The notes under the pieces: model-generated | Told to the model about the DNA's origin: nothing | Databases searched by the model: none | What the model saw: only the letters and a program-made list of their open reading frames with translations | Shown here: positions 10,380 to 20,362 of the stretch, in pieces | Layout: each line of letters starts with the position of its first letter | Numbering within the stretch: the stretch's first letter is position 1 | Position numbers and translations under genes: made by a program | NCBI GenBank assembly: GCA_963847705.1 | Contig: CAWKBC010000001.1 | Location: 96,001-160,000 of the forward strand | Direction of reading: 5' to 3' | Source: an uncultured Pseudomonadota bacterium | GTDB taxonomy: Bacteria; Myxococcota_A; Polyangia; Fen-1088 | DNA length: 64,000 bases

Positions 10380-12500
10380 GTGCTGGCGAGATCCCCACGG
10401 TTCCCGGCCACGAGACGGTCCCGCGCTGGCGGCGCGCCCGGACGCAGCGGGACAGCCCTGGTGCTCGCCGGCCTGCTGGCCGGCGGCGGGCAGACGACGC
10501 AGGCCAAGCAGTCGGCGGCGGCCGCGCCGGCCCAAACGCCTCCGGCGGCCCCGTCGGCGGACGGTGGCGCGATCATGATCGTCGAGGGAGGTCACGCCGC
10601 GGGGCAGACGACGGCCGAGAACGCGCGGCGGGACGGCCTGACCGTCGTCGATCTCTCGGATGACTGGCTGCCGTACGTCTTTTCGGAGGAGCCAGGGAAG
10701 CCGCAGCCGCTCCGCCCCTATCTGATCGATCTGGCCAACGGGCGGTTCCGTTCGGGCAGCCAGTACGCGCGCGCCCGCGCCGACCGTTTCTTCGAGGCGT
10801 TCGGGATCTTCCCCAGCCTAAACCTGATGCGGCGAAGGCTGGCGGACAAGAAGCGGCACGCCTGCCACGCGCGGGTGAAGGACGGCGTGCTCGAGGAGCT
10901 GTCGGCCAGGAACGTGATCCCGGCGGAAGAGGCGGAGAAGGTTCCCAACCCCGACCCGGCGACGGCCAAGGAGACGCCGATGGTCACGACCGGGCGAACA
11001 ATCTCGCCGCGACCCTTGACCGCCCAGGAGAAGCGGGCCGTGATTGCCATGCAGGCCCACCTGCGCTGCGAGGATCTTCTCCCCGGCAAGGCGACCGCCG
11101 GGCGGATGGATCGCCGGACGTCGGAGGGACTGAAGACCTACCAGCATCTGCAGATGCTGGCGGACAACGCGAACCTCGATTTCGAGACCCGCACCGCGCT
11201 GCTGGGCGACAGCCGCGAGCAGGACTTTCGAGCGCTGCTGCGCGCGCTGCGGGCGCGCGTCGTCGACGTGACCGGCCTCATCGAGGACGGTTCGGCGCTG
11301 GGCGCGCAAGGTCAAGTGCAGGGCCGCGTGATCGACACCAATGAGTTCCAGCCGCTCTCCGCGCCACCAGGCGCCGCCAAGCCAACCCCGCCGTCGGCTG
11401 CCGCGGGATCAAACGCCAGCCCGCCCTCGGCCGCCGCGGGACCAAACACTGCCGCTGCGGCGACGGGGAGTGCCCCGCCCGCGGCCGCCGCCGAGGCGTC
11501 GGCCAAGATCGTCGCGGCGCCGGATCTGATCGCGGCGGCCACCCAGGCGGCCAGCCAGGCGCTGGGCTGGACCTCCCCGGACGCGGTCCTCGCCAGCACG
11601 CTGGTCGCGCCGCCGCCCGCCTCCAAACGGCCCGGGCGAAAGGCGGCCAAGCTCAAGGGGCCGGCGCCGCTGCCGGCCGCCGTGGCGATTCGTCTGCCGC
11701 CGCTGCCGCCGTACCACAGCCCCAACATGGAGCTGCGCGCGGAGATCGACCGCGGCGAGGTGGTCCTGGCGCGCCCACAGCTCGACAAGGACGGACACAA
11801 GAAGTGGAAGCCGCCGGTCGCCGATCGCCCGACCATCACGCTGTTTGCGCACGTGGGCGATCACGACGTGGCCCTGTGCCGCTGGCCGACCACCATCGGC
11901 GGCTGGAAGATGTTCCAGAAGTCCGACGGCACCATGGCGCTCAAGTACAAGGAGTCGGTCACGGGCGACGCCCTTTGGACCGAGGTCCTGGCCACGCCGA
12001 CCTGGCACCCGGCGCCGGGCATGCCCACCAGCCACCTGCTCATCAAGGTGGGGGATACGTTCGTGCCCAAGACCGAGATCATCGGCCCCGGCTACCACGC
12101 GGCCTATGGCCTGGTGGCGATGGTGCACAAGCAGATCCTCAGCGTGAACGACAAGGGCGAACCGGACCTCATGGACCTCCGCATCCGGACGCACGGCACG
12201 CCCGGCTACCGAACGGTCAAGCGCGGCGAGAGCAACGGCTGCCACCGGCTGCACAACTACGAGGCGCTCCGCCTGGCGGCCTTCCTCATCAAGCACCACG
12301 CGAACACGCGCGACGGCCTGGTGCCCGAGGACTACGTGCGGAAGCTCCAGTACAAGGGCCAGGAGGTCGAGCTGCTGAGTGACAGCAAGGGGTACCGCTT
12401 CAAGCTGACCCCGCCCGTGCCGGTGAAGGTGCTGGACGGCGACGTCAAAGGCAACGCCAAGTCCGTCAAGCACATGGTCCCGGTCGCCGCGGTGCCGTAG
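10380..12500 (+). CDS. large secreted L,D-transpeptidase-like (YkuD) protein with peptidoglycan-binding region
   Basis: Signal-like N-terminus, PG-binding-like G.MD..T..GLK.YQ segment, IRTHGT...SNGCHRL His/Cys catalytic motif. Confidence 0.7.
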   Translation: MLARSPRFPATRRSRAGGAPGRSGTALVLAGLLAGGGQTTQAKQSAAAAPAQTPPAAPSADGGAIMIVEGGHAAGQTTAENARRDGLTVVDLSDDWLPYVFSEEPGKPQPLRPYLIDLANGRFRSGSQYARARADRFFEAFGIFPSLNLMRRRLADKKRHACHARVKDGVLEELSARNVIPAEEAEKVPNPDPATAKETPMVTTGRTISPRPLTAQEKRAVIAMQAHLRCEDLLPGKATAGRMDRRTSEGLKTYQHLQMLADNANLDFETRTALLGDSREQDFRALLRALRARVVDVTGLIEDGSALGAQGQVQGRVIDTNEFQPLSAPPGAAKPTPPSAAAGSNASPPSAAAGPNTAAAATGSAPPAAAAEASAKIVAAPDLIAAATQAASQALGWTSPDAVLASTLVAPPPASKRPGRKAAKLKGPAPLPAAVAIRLPPLPPYHSPNMELRAEIDRGEVVLARPQLDKDGHKKWKPPVADRPTITLFAHVGDHDVALCRWPTTIGGWKMFQKSDGTMALKYKESVTGDALWTEVLATPTWHPAPGMPTSHLLIKVGDTFVPKTEIIGPGYHAAYGLVAMVHKQILSVNDKGEPDLMDLRIRTHGTPGYRTVKRGESNGCHRLHNYEALRLAAFLIKHHANTRDGLVPEDYVRKLQYKGQEVELLSDSKGYRFKLTPPVPVKVLDGDVKGNAKSVKHMVPVAAVP

Positions 12501-12526
12501 CGGTCGATGACTCGGCCCGACCGTCT

Positions 12527-14173
12527 CTAGGGTAGAACGACGGTGTCGCTGGCCAGGTTGACCGCCCCGATGCGGGCCAGCGCCCGCCCGTTCAGGGTCG
12601 CCCCGCTGTTCAGCGTGATCGTCTGATCCGCCATGATGGTGCCGTCGAAGATGCTGGTCGCTCCGAGGGTGGCCGAGGTGCCGACCTGCCAGAAGACATT
12701 GGCGGCCAGGGCCCCGTTGCTGAGGATCACCTGACGGCCCACCGTGGTGGTCAGCGTCGACGCCATCTGGAAGATGAACACGGCGGTGCTGTCTCCCTGG
12801 GCATCGAGGGTCAGATCACCCGAGGAGATTTCCAGCGATGAGGTCGACATGTAGAGACCCGGGGTGAGCGTGAGGCTGCCCAGATTGCCGGCCACCAGGA
12901 CCGGGCACAACGTCCGCCCTTTGGCGTCGTTGTACGCGGTGAGCAGATCGGCGATCCCCTGGGCGGCGGTCGTATCGGTGACGTGCTGAAGGCCGACGAC
13001 GATTCCAGGCGGGAAGCCGGTGACGGCAGAGCCCGGGCTCACCCCCAGATCTCCCGCGATCATGGTGGGACCCCCGTTGGTGACGGTGGAGCCTGCCAGC
13101 ACCGCGAAAGCGCCCGCCGACTGGAGATCGACCGTCATCTGGCCGCAGGCCCCGGTGGTGAAGCTCCAACTGTACGGCGCGCCCAACGCACGGCCCCCCA
13201 GGTCCATGGCCCCGGTGGAGATGGTGACGGTGTAGACGAGCCCGAGGGCGAGCGGGGCGCCCGGCGTGAAGGTCAACGTGTTGGTCAGCCCATCGAGGAG
13301 CAAGGTGCCGAGCACCGGGGTCAGACCTTGCGCAACGGTGACCGTGAGCCCGTTGAGGGTCGCGGGATCCATCGCCTCGCTGAAGGTGGCGGCAGGTTTC
13401 ACGTTGCTCGACACGTTGATGGCGAGATTCGTCGGGCTGGTCGCCATGACCTGCGGCGGAAGGACGTCGGGGGCGGCGGTGAAGGTCCAGGTGTAGATGG
13501 CCGCCAGAGGTCGGCCGAGCGCGTCCTTGATCGCCGTGCTGAGCGACGCGGTGTAGACCAGGTTCGCGCTGAGCGCGACGGTGGGCGCAAAGGTGACGGT
13601 CATCGTGACCGGGTCATAGGTCACCGCGCCGTCGATGTTGGTCGCCCCTTGATTCAGCGTGAAGGTCGTCTTGCTGAACGTGGTTGAATCCATGGCCTCG
13701 TTGAAAGTGGCCGAGAGGAAGGGATTCAGCGGCACGTTGATCCCGTGGTCGACCGGTAAGGTCGAGAGCACCAGCGGACCGACGCCGCCCAGGCCACCGA
13801 GGCCGCCAACTCCACCCAGGCCGCCAATGCCGGCACCGCCACCGGCGCCACCAATGCCGCCGGTGCCGCGAACGCCGCCCACACCCCCGACGCCGGCAGC
13901 GCCACCGGCGCCACCGGTGCCGCGAACGCCGCCCACACCCCCGACGCCACCAATGCCGGCAACGCCACCAATGCCGCCACCGCCGTGCCCAGCGCCACCG
14001 GCGCCGCCGGCGTGCCCGGCGCTGCCACCACCTCCGCCGTGACCGGCGCCGCCACCGCCGGAGTTGGCCTCCGCGTCGGAACCGGCGTCGTCGAGGAAAT
14101 GAACCACTTGGCGCCCACAGGCGGGCGAGCAGGCCAGCAACAACAACACGATCGCGCGATTCGAATAGTTCAT
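12527..14173 (-). CDS. ice-binding-like lipoprotein: Gly-rich linker, two Big_5 Ig-like domains, DUF3494
   Basis: Lipobox-type Cys, ATFNEAMD/ATFSEAMD Big_5 motifs, FAVLAGSTVTN, TLTPGLY, LTLDAQGD..AVFIFQ, ANVFWQVGTSATLG. Confidence 0.9.
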   Translation of the reverse strand: MNYSNRAIVLLLLACSPACGRQVVHFLDDAGSDAEANSGGGGAGHGGGGGSAGHAGGAGGAGHGGGGIGGVAGIGGVGGVGGVRGTGGAGGAAGVGGVGGVRGTGGIGGAGGGAGIGGLGGVGGLGGLGGVGPLVLSTLPVDHGINVPLNPFLSATFNEAMDSTTFSKTTFTLNQGATNIDGAVTYDPVTMTVTFAPTVALSANLVYTASLSTAIKDALGRPLAAIYTWTFTAAPDVLPPQVMATSPTNLAINVSSNVKPAATFSEAMDPATLNGLTVTVAQGLTPVLGTLLLDGLTNTLTFTPGAPLALGLVYTVTISTGAMDLGGRALGAPYSWSFTTGACGQMTVDLQSAGAFAVLAGSTVTNGGPTMIAGDLGVSPGSAVTGFPPGIVVGLQHVTDTTAAQGIADLLTAYNDAKGRTLCPVLVAGNLGSLTLTPGLYMSTSSLEISSGDLTLDAQGDSTAVFIFQMASTLTTTVGRQVILSNGALAANVFWQVGTSATLGATSIFDGTIMADQTITLNSGATLNGRALARIGAVNLASDTVVLP

Positions 14174-15309
14174 TTGGCACTCCCCGGATTCACGATGACG
14201 AAACGGACCACGAACTCGACGCGTCGATTGTTTTCACGGCCGGCGGCGGTGGCATTGGTATCGAGAGGTTTGGACGAGCTCATACCCTTGGAGCCCAGGC
14301 GCTCCTTGGCCACGCCGTGGGCGACCAGATAGTCGAGCACGGCCTGGGCGCGATTTTCGGACAGGGTCTGGTTGTGCTCCTCCGCGCCGGAGGAGTCGGT
14401 GTGGCCCTCGACCTGGACCTGAAAGCTCTTGTTGTCGTTGAGGGCCTTGACGACCTCGTCGAGCACGGGGAACGAGGCCTCTTCGAGCGTGGCTTGATCC
14501 CAGCCGAAGTAGAGCTTCTCTTTCAGCTCCAGCTTGTCCGGTTTGACGACGATCCGCTCGTAGTGAGGGCAGCCGTAGCTCTCCATCTCGCCGCGCACGT
14601 CGGGGCAGCGGTCGATGCTGTCGGGGATGCCGTCGCCGTCTCTGTCTGGACAGGAGACGACCTGTTGGGTCTCGGTGCGGACCTCGGTCGGTGCGCACAC
14701 CACGGTCTCCTCCGGTGGCGGCGGCGGCCACACCTGGCGGGCGCCGAGCTCGAAGCTGAGGCCGATCGTCAGAATCTTGGCGTCGCGATCGTCGAAGCCG
14801 GCGTTTTGGGGCTGAATGACCTGGGTGTAGCGAACGAATGGTCCCATCCACACCGCGCGGGACCTTCCAACGGGCGCCTCGAGGCCGAGCGCGGCGTCGA
14901 AGCCGGGGCGGCTGATCTCACCGGTCTGAATGTAGAAGAAGTCGGCGTCGAGCCAGGGCGAGAGACCGCCCGCGCTCACCTCATCTTGAGGCCGCTTGAG
15001 CCGCAGGCCGCCGCCGACTCCCCAGACGCTCCCTGCTGCGTTCAGCTTCTGCTCGGCGGGGAGAAACATGAAGAAGGCGGCCGGGCCGAAGTCGAGGTAT
15101 CGGTTGATGCGGAAGAGGGCCTTCAACGATTCGCCGCCCCCGACGTCGTAAATCTGCGACTGGGGCGCCGACAAGGGAATGGCGATTCCCGGCTCCAGCT
15201 TGAGGCTGACGTGCACGGCATTCGCAGCCCTTGGAAGCGCCAGAATACCCACCACGACCAACACCACCAGACCAAAAGCCTCTCCTGCAACCCACGATCT
15301 TCGGCGCAT
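14170..15309 (-). CDS. OmpA family outer-membrane protein with thrombospondin type-3 repeat
   Basis: beta-barrel-like N-terminus, DRDGDGIPDSIDRCP, VEGHTDSSG, LSENRAQAV, NRRVEF; ATGA-coupled to the DUF3494 gene. Confidence 0.9.
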   Translation of the reverse strand: MRRRSWVAGEAFGLVVLVVVGILALPRAANAVHVSLKLEPGIAIPLSAPQSQIYDVGGGESLKALFRINRYLDFGPAAFFMFLPAEQKLNAAGSVWGVGGGLRLKRPQDEVSAGGLSPWLDADFFYIQTGEISRPGFDAALGLEAPVGRSRAVWMGPFVRYTQVIQPQNAGFDDRDAKILTIGLSFELGARQVWPPPPPEETVVCAPTEVRTETQQVVSCPDRDGDGIPDSIDRCPDVRGEMESYGCPHYERIVVKPDKLELKEKLYFGWDQATLEEASFPVLDEVVKALNDNKSFQVQVEGHTDSSGAEEHNQTLSENRAQAVLDYLVAHGVAKERLGSKGMSSSKPLDTNATAAGRENNRRVEFVVRFVIVNPGSAK

Positions 15310-15459
15310 TCCACTCTCCCGTCGTTTTTTGGTGAGGCCCGACAATATGTATGCCCCCACCCCGGGATAGGGCTCCGAGGCAACTATCTTTGGTCGCCGC
15401 GAAGTTTGTCTTCCGGGCGCCGCCCCCGCCGTCCGGCGGGGTATGGTGACGGTGGAGCG

Positions 15460-16848
15460 ATGCGCGCAGCTCGATTCGCGTTGACCCAGCTCGGTGTGGC
15501 CCTGGTGGCCTTGGCGTGCGGCAGCAACTGCGGCGGGGGAGGCGGCGACGGGGCGAGCTGCTCGTTTTCGATCCTCGGCAACACCCTCAGCCCGAAGATG
15601 GCCACCGTCGGGATCGTCGAATGGTCAACCACCCTGTCGAACCTGGCGAGCGCCAGCGTCGTCTACACCCTGAACGGCGCGGCTCCCGGCGTGCTCAACA
15701 GGGGGGGGACGGCGCCGGTCGACCTGACGAAATCGAACAACCGCACGCTGCTGCTCGGGCTGAAACAGGCGAGCGACTACAGCTTCCACATCGAAGCCAC
15801 GGACGCGAAGGGCGCCGTGTGCAAGAGCCCGGACTACGGGTTGCCGACGACGGGCCTGCTGCCGGAGGCGCCCCTCATCTCGCGGACGGTCTCCCAGGCG
15901 GCCGCCCAGGCCCTGGGCTTCATCGTCACCAGCAGCGGCGTCACCTACGGCAACTACGCCATCATCATCGACGCCGACGGCGAGGTGGTCTGGTACGCCG
16001 ACGGCCCGACTCAATGTACGCGCGCCCGCATGGACTACGAGGGCGCGAACATGTGGATGGTGGCGGCCAACGAGGACAACTCGACGGGCGAGATGCGGTT
16101 CGTCTCCATGGACGGACAGACCCGCATGACCGACATCAGCGGCCTGGCCGACGCGCACCACGACTTTGCCGTGCTGCCCGGGAAAATTGCGGCGATGGTC
16201 TGGGCCACCACCGACATCGATGCCGAGAGCAACCTGGTTGAAATGAATTCTGACGGCTCGGGTGCGGCGACGACCGTCTTCGAGATCGGCTCGAACCTGT
16301 ACCTCGGTGCCCCGAGCACGGGGCAGAGCGCGGCGCCCCTGGCGTATCACTGCAATTCCATCCTCTATCACCCCGCCGACGACAGCTTCACGATCGGTGA
16401 CCGTTACCCCAACCTCTACGTGAAGGTCTCCCAGGCAGGTGTTCTCCAGTGGCAGTTCGGCGGCAGTTGCGCCAACGCCCCGGCCGGCGCATCACACTGT
16501 GTCGCGGAGAGCTGGCAGGTGAATCACGGTCATCACCTGCTGGACGACGGCACGATGCTGGTCTTCAACAACAATACCAACGGCAGCCCCTCCGATGCGC
16601 TGGAGTTCAAGCTGAGCACGACGGGCACGCTGGCTGCCACGCCGGTCAAGGACTTCGAATCCGGCAGCTTGACCAGCAATGTCCTCGGTGACGTGCAGAG
16701 GCTCCCCAACGGCAACACGCTCATCACCTACTCCACCGACGGCGTGATTCTCGAAGTCGACCCCTCCTGGGCCACGGTCCAGACGCTCACCGGAAGCTAC
16801 GGATACGCAGATTGGCGGGCGACCCTCTACGGCCCCCCGCCGCGGTGA
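15460..16848 (+). CDS. arylsulfotransferase-like (ASST) beta-propeller lipoprotein
   Basis: Lipobox ALAC; IDADGEVVW, HHDF, HCNSI, WQFGG, NHGHHLLDDGTMLVFNN, GDVQRLPNGNTLI. Confidence 0.7.
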   Translation: MRAARFALTQLGVALVALACGSNCGGGGGDGASCSFSILGNTLSPKMATVGIVEWSTTLSNLASASVVYTLNGAAPGVLNRGGTAPVDLTKSNNRTLLLGLKQASDYSFHIEATDAKGAVCKSPDYGLPTTGLLPEAPLISRTVSQAAAQALGFIVTSSGVTYGNYAIIIDADGEVVWYADGPTQCTRARMDYEGANMWMVAANEDNSTGEMRFVSMDGQTRMTDISGLADAHHDFAVLPGKIAAMVWATTDIDAESNLVEMNSDGSGAATTVFEIGSNLYLGAPSTGQSAAPLAYHCNSILYHPADDSFTIGDRYPNLYVKVSQAGVLQWQFGGSCANAPAGASHCVAESWQVNHGHHLLDDGTMLVFNNNTNGSPSDALEFKLSTTGTLAATPVKDFESGSLTSNVLGDVQRLPNGNTLITYSTDGVILEVDPSWATVQTLTGSYGYADWRATLYGPPPR

Positions 16849-16895
16849 AAGATCGCTCCAACCTGGGCAGGACTCAGCCGAGGCAGGCGCCGCGC

Positions 16896-18461
16896 TCAGC
16901 GGGGCAGGCGCCGTGCCCGATCCGACGGCGATGAACCGACTGGCAGGTTCGCGCTCAGCATGCGTCGCTGGGTGGACGCCACCAGCTTCGAGCCACCGCT
17001 TCCGCGTTCGAGACGCGTCTCCACGTCCCTGTCGCGGTTGGGCACCACCTTGAAAGAGACCGGCGCGAACCCTCGCTTGCTCACGACCAGCGTCATCGGG
17101 GTCTCGCCGCGCGGCACCCGGAACGCGCAGGGCGTCTCGCCCAGCGGCCGGGCGCGCTCGCCGGGCGTGGCGGCGGCGGTGACCAGCGCACCCTGAGGTC
17201 GCGAGTCGATCGACAGCTCCACGCCCGACGGGACGCCCGGCGTCGCGCAGGCAGCGGCGACGGGTATTGGTGCGCGCGCCGGCACCGGCGGCGCGGCCGG
17301 CGTCCGTGGCGCGGTCCCGCCGTGCCGGAGCACGATCACCATCAGGACCAAGGTCGCGGCGGTGGGGAGCAGCGCGGGCAGCCAGCTCGCGCGCGCGCCG
17401 CGCAGTGCGCCCAGCAGGGCCGGCGCGGGCGCGGGCGGCGCGGCGGGCGGTTTCGGGGGGGGCGGCGCCAGCCGCGGCTCCGCTCCGGCCACGATCGCCG
17501 AGGAATCGCGCTGCCCGAAGGCGATCTCGACCGGCACGCCCGCCTCCACCCCCGACTCGGTGGGCGGGACCAGCGCGCGCACCTGCTTGACGAACGAGCT
17601 GCCCGCATAGCGCTTGCGCAGCACCAGACGTTCCAGATCCTGGCCCATCTCGTCGGCGCTCTGGTACCGCTTGGCCGGGTCGCGCGCCAGCGCGCGCAGG
17701 ATCACCTCGTCGAACGCCGGCTTGACCTCCGGGTTGCGCGAGGAGGGCCGCGGCACCGGCATCTCGCTCACCAGCTTCAGGGTCTCGAGATCGGTCTCGC
17801 CCACGAACAGCCGCCGCCCGCAGAGCAGCTCGTGCAACACCGCGCCCAGCGAGAACAGGTCCGAGCGCGCGTCGGCGGGCTGCCCCTGCTGCAACTCGGG
17901 CGCGATGTACGACATCTTTCCCTTCACGATGCCGGCGTCGGTCTGGCTGGTGCGCAGCTCCTGCACCGCGCGCGCGATGCCGAAGTCCAGGATCTTCACC
18001 GCCCCGTTCCAGGCCACCATGATGTTGGGCGGGGTCACGTCGCGGTGGACGATCCCGTAGGGTTTTCCCTCCGGGCTGGAGAGGCCGTGCGCGAAGCCGA
18101 GCCCGCGGCAGGCTTGCCGCCCGACCTCCGCCGCGAACGCCGCCGGCGCCACCGCCCCCCGCCGCTCCAGCTTCTTCAGGAGGCAGCCCATGTCCACGCC
18201 GTCGACCGGCTCCATCACGATGTAGTAGCCGCCGTCCTGGTAGGCGAACTCGAACACCTGGACGATGTTCGGGTGCAGGAGGCGCGCAGAGATCTTCGCT
18301 TCGTCGACGAACATGCGGACAAACTCGGGCGCGTCCGACAGCCCCGGGAGGATCCGCTTGACCACGAAGGTCCGCTCGAACCCCTCCGGGCCTTCGCCGG
18401 TGGCCCGGAAGACCTCCGCCATCCCGCCGCTACCGATCTTCTGTGTGAGGCGGTACTTCAT
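16896..18461 (-). CDS. membrane Ser/Thr protein kinase with C-terminal PEGA-like domain
   Basis: IGSGGMAEVF, VVKRI, HRDVTPPNIM, DFGIA, YIAPE, DLFSLG; TM helix; IDSRPQGALV...LGETP. Confidence 0.92.
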   Translation of the reverse strand: MKYRLTQKIGSGGMAEVFRATGEGPEGFERTFVVKRILPGLSDAPEFVRMFVDEAKISARLLHPNIVQVFEFAYQDGGYYIVMEPVDGVDMGCLLKKLERRGAVAPAAFAAEVGRQACRGLGFAHGLSSPEGKPYGIVHRDVTPPNIMVAWNGAVKILDFGIARAVQELRTSQTDAGIVKGKMSYIAPELQQGQPADARSDLFSLGAVLHELLCGRRLFVGETDLETLKLVSEMPVPRPSSRNPEVKPAFDEVILRALARDPAKRYQSADEMGQDLERLVLRKRYAGSSFVKQVRALVPPTESGVEAGVPVEIAFGQRDSSAIVAGAEPRLAPPPPKPPAAPPAPAPALLGALRGARASWLPALLPTAATLVLMVIVLRHGGTAPRTPAAPPVPARAPIPVAAACATPGVPSGVELSIDSRPQGALVTAAATPGERARPLGETPCAFRVPRGETPMTLVVSKRGFAPVSFKVVPNRDRDVETRLERGSGGSKLVASTQRRMLSANLPVGSSPSDRARRLPR

Positions 18462-18587
18462 CTGTGCGATGGCCCAAGGGTCAGGAGCGGGGAGGCGCCG
18501 AGGGACGCCGGCAAGACATGGTAAGCGCCGCTTTTCGGTTCGGTACCTGAATATGCGTGCAGGGTCTTCACCGCTGATGGGTCGAAG

Positions 18588-19250
18588 CTAGGCGGGCTTG
18601 ATGATCAAGCGATGGTCCCGGCTGATGCTCAGGACGATCAGCACGCTCAGGATGGCGGCAAAGAAGCACCACACCGAGGTGAGCGCCTGGCGCTCGATCA
18701 CGAACGTGGCCAGCAGAGACAGGACCAGGACGGTCCCCATGAGTTTGGCCCTGCTGATCGTGGAGACGAAAAATGGCACGACGGTCGGTAGGACGTAGCC
18801 GGGCAGGTAGAGCGCCAGCACCAGCGCGGGCGCTCGGTCCTTGTAGCTGTAGGCGATGCTGTGTCCCGCGACGTGCGCGGTCGGTTGCCCGCGAATCAGA
18901 AGGACGGTGGCATAGACACCCACGACCACGCCGGTCCAGGACAGGACCGCGAGGGCTCGTCTGCGGCGGGGATTCCTTTCGGCAACGAAGAGCGAGAGCG
19001 GAACCCAGATCGGCCAGGCGACCAGGGCGAAACTGAGGAAGAAAGCCACGGCGAGCTGCTGCAGCCGGACCTCCGCTGGGTCGTGGATGGTCATCCAGAC
19101 GACACCCTCGGCCACTTGCTGGGCCGCGAAGAGCAGTGGGACCACGGCCAACATCCGGTGTGACGGCGGCTTGTCCTGGGTCATCGCGACCGCGCCGATT
19201 CCCGCGATCACGGTGGCGACGCCGAAGCTGCCGGTGGCCGAAAAACACAT
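18588..19250 (-). CDS. integral membrane protein (DUF6629-like)
   Basis: MCFSATGSF N-terminus, FAAQQVAEG, SVWCFFAAILS. Confidence 0.75.
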   Translation of the reverse strand: MCFSATGSFGVATVIAGIGAVAMTQDKPPSHRMLAVVPLLFAAQQVAEGVVWMTIHDPAEVRLQQLAVAFFLSFALVAWPIWVPLSLFVAERNPRRRRALAVLSWTGVVVGVYATVLLIRGQPTAHVAGHSIAYSYKDRAPALVLALYLPGYVLPTVVPFFVSTISRAKLMGTVLVLSLLATFVIERQALTSVWCFFAAILSVLIVLSISRDHRLIIKPA

Positions 19251-19449
19251 GGGCGCGTCGTTCAGAGCCGAACGTTGCCGGGGCGAACGTGACGCAGGCG
19301 GGAGGGGCGCATGCCAGCGCCATGGTGGGCACTGTTCGTGGAACAGGGAAGAGGTCGACTCGGCGATCGACGGTGGCGGCGGCCGCCGCCGTCGCCGCCA
19401 CGGCAGAGCTTGGCTGTCGCCGCAACGTAGTCAGGTTACTCACAGCGGT

Positions 19450-19477
19450 GGAACTGGGCAGGGAAGGGGTCCTCAAA
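19450..19477 (+). promoter_or_regulatory. sigmaE (ECF02)-like promoter GGAACTG-N16-TCAAA upstream of the BON gene
   Basis: Near-match to E. coli RpoE consensus GGAACTT-N16-TCAAA, 24 nt before ATG 19502. Confidence 0.45.
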
Positions 19478-19501
19478 CGGAAAGTCGAGGGAGGTGGAGA
19501 G

Positions 19502-20029
19502 ATGAAGACAAAGAGTCTAGGGGCGATGACGATCTGGATCCTGTCCGCAGGGACGGCCGGAGCGGCGCTGGCGGGTCCGGAACGGGCGCAGCAGCAGGTG
19601 GCGCAGATCCAGACGCGGTTGCAAAAGAATCCCGATCTGAGAAACAACGCCATCAATGTCTCGGTCAACAACGGCGTGGCCACGCTGACCGGCACCGTCG
19701 ATACGCAGGCCGAGAGGTCCGACGCCGCGCGGCTGGCATTGGTGGCCGGAATCGTGGGCGTCGACAACCGTCTCGACGTGGGCAGCCAGGGCGTCCGGCA
19801 GGCTGTCTCCGACGCGGGCCTGACGGCCAAGATCAAGGGGAAGCTGACGGAGGATGAAATGACCCGGTTCAGCGACGTGTCGGTCACGACCAACAACGGC
19901 GTCGTCACGCTGACCGGCTCGGTCCCCGATCAAGAGGCGCTGACACAGGTCGTCCGTGTCGCGGGCAGCGCCGACGGCGTCAGCCGCGTCGAGAACGATC
20001 TGACGATCGCGCCGCGCAGGGTGAACTGA
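19502..20029 (+). CDS. double BON-domain (OsmY-like) periplasmic protein
   Basis: Signal peptide; INVSVNNGVATLTGTV and VSVTTNNGVVTLTGSV, GVSRVENDL; RBS GGAG. Confidence 0.9.
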   Translation: MKTKSLGAMTIWILSAGTAGAALAGPERAQQQVAQIQTRLQKNPDLRNNAINVSVNNGVATLTGTVDTQAERSDAARLALVAGIVGVDNRLDVGSQGVRQAVSDAGLTAKIKGKLTEDEMTRFSDVSVTTNNGVVTLTGSVPDQEALTQVVRVAGSADGVSRVENDLTIAPRRVN

Positions 20030-20081
20030 TCACGCCTGGGCCCTCGCTCGCATTCGAGGTCCGTGGAAGCGCAGGCGGACG

Positions 20082-20140
20082 GGGTCACCGGTGTCCGGGT
20101 CGGGGAGATGCTCAACGATTTGCTCGGACACTGGTGACCC
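20082..20140 (+). repeat. long intergenic inverted repeat / stem-loop
   Basis: GGGTCACCGGTGTCCGGG (20082-20099) pairs with CTCGGACACTGGTGACCC (20123-20140): 16 Watson-Crick and 2 G-U pairs. Confidence 0.6.
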
Positions 20141-20362
20141 GAGAGGGGGCTGCCGATCTGCCAGGATGAACGCACCCATCACCGGTCTCGTCGTTTTGCG
20201 GCCGAGCACACAATCGCCCTCCGGACCAGGGGTCGAGGCCCAAGGCGCGGTAAGCTGACGTACGAACAACAGGAGTTGCACTGATCCCAGCTGCCCGAAC
20301 GCGTCGTTGGCCGCCCTTGACAACATTCGTGCCGATGGACACATCCCTCGCGTCAAAGTCCC

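Noticed and set aside
14317-15459. 843-aa ORF as a single long protein
   Set aside because: The first part is antisense to ompA; the real gene starts at ATG 15460 with RBS and lipoprotein signal
19368-19394. 12-bp GC hairpin between DUF6629 and BON genes
   Set aside because: Low-complexity GCC/GGC sequence, expected by chance at this GC content
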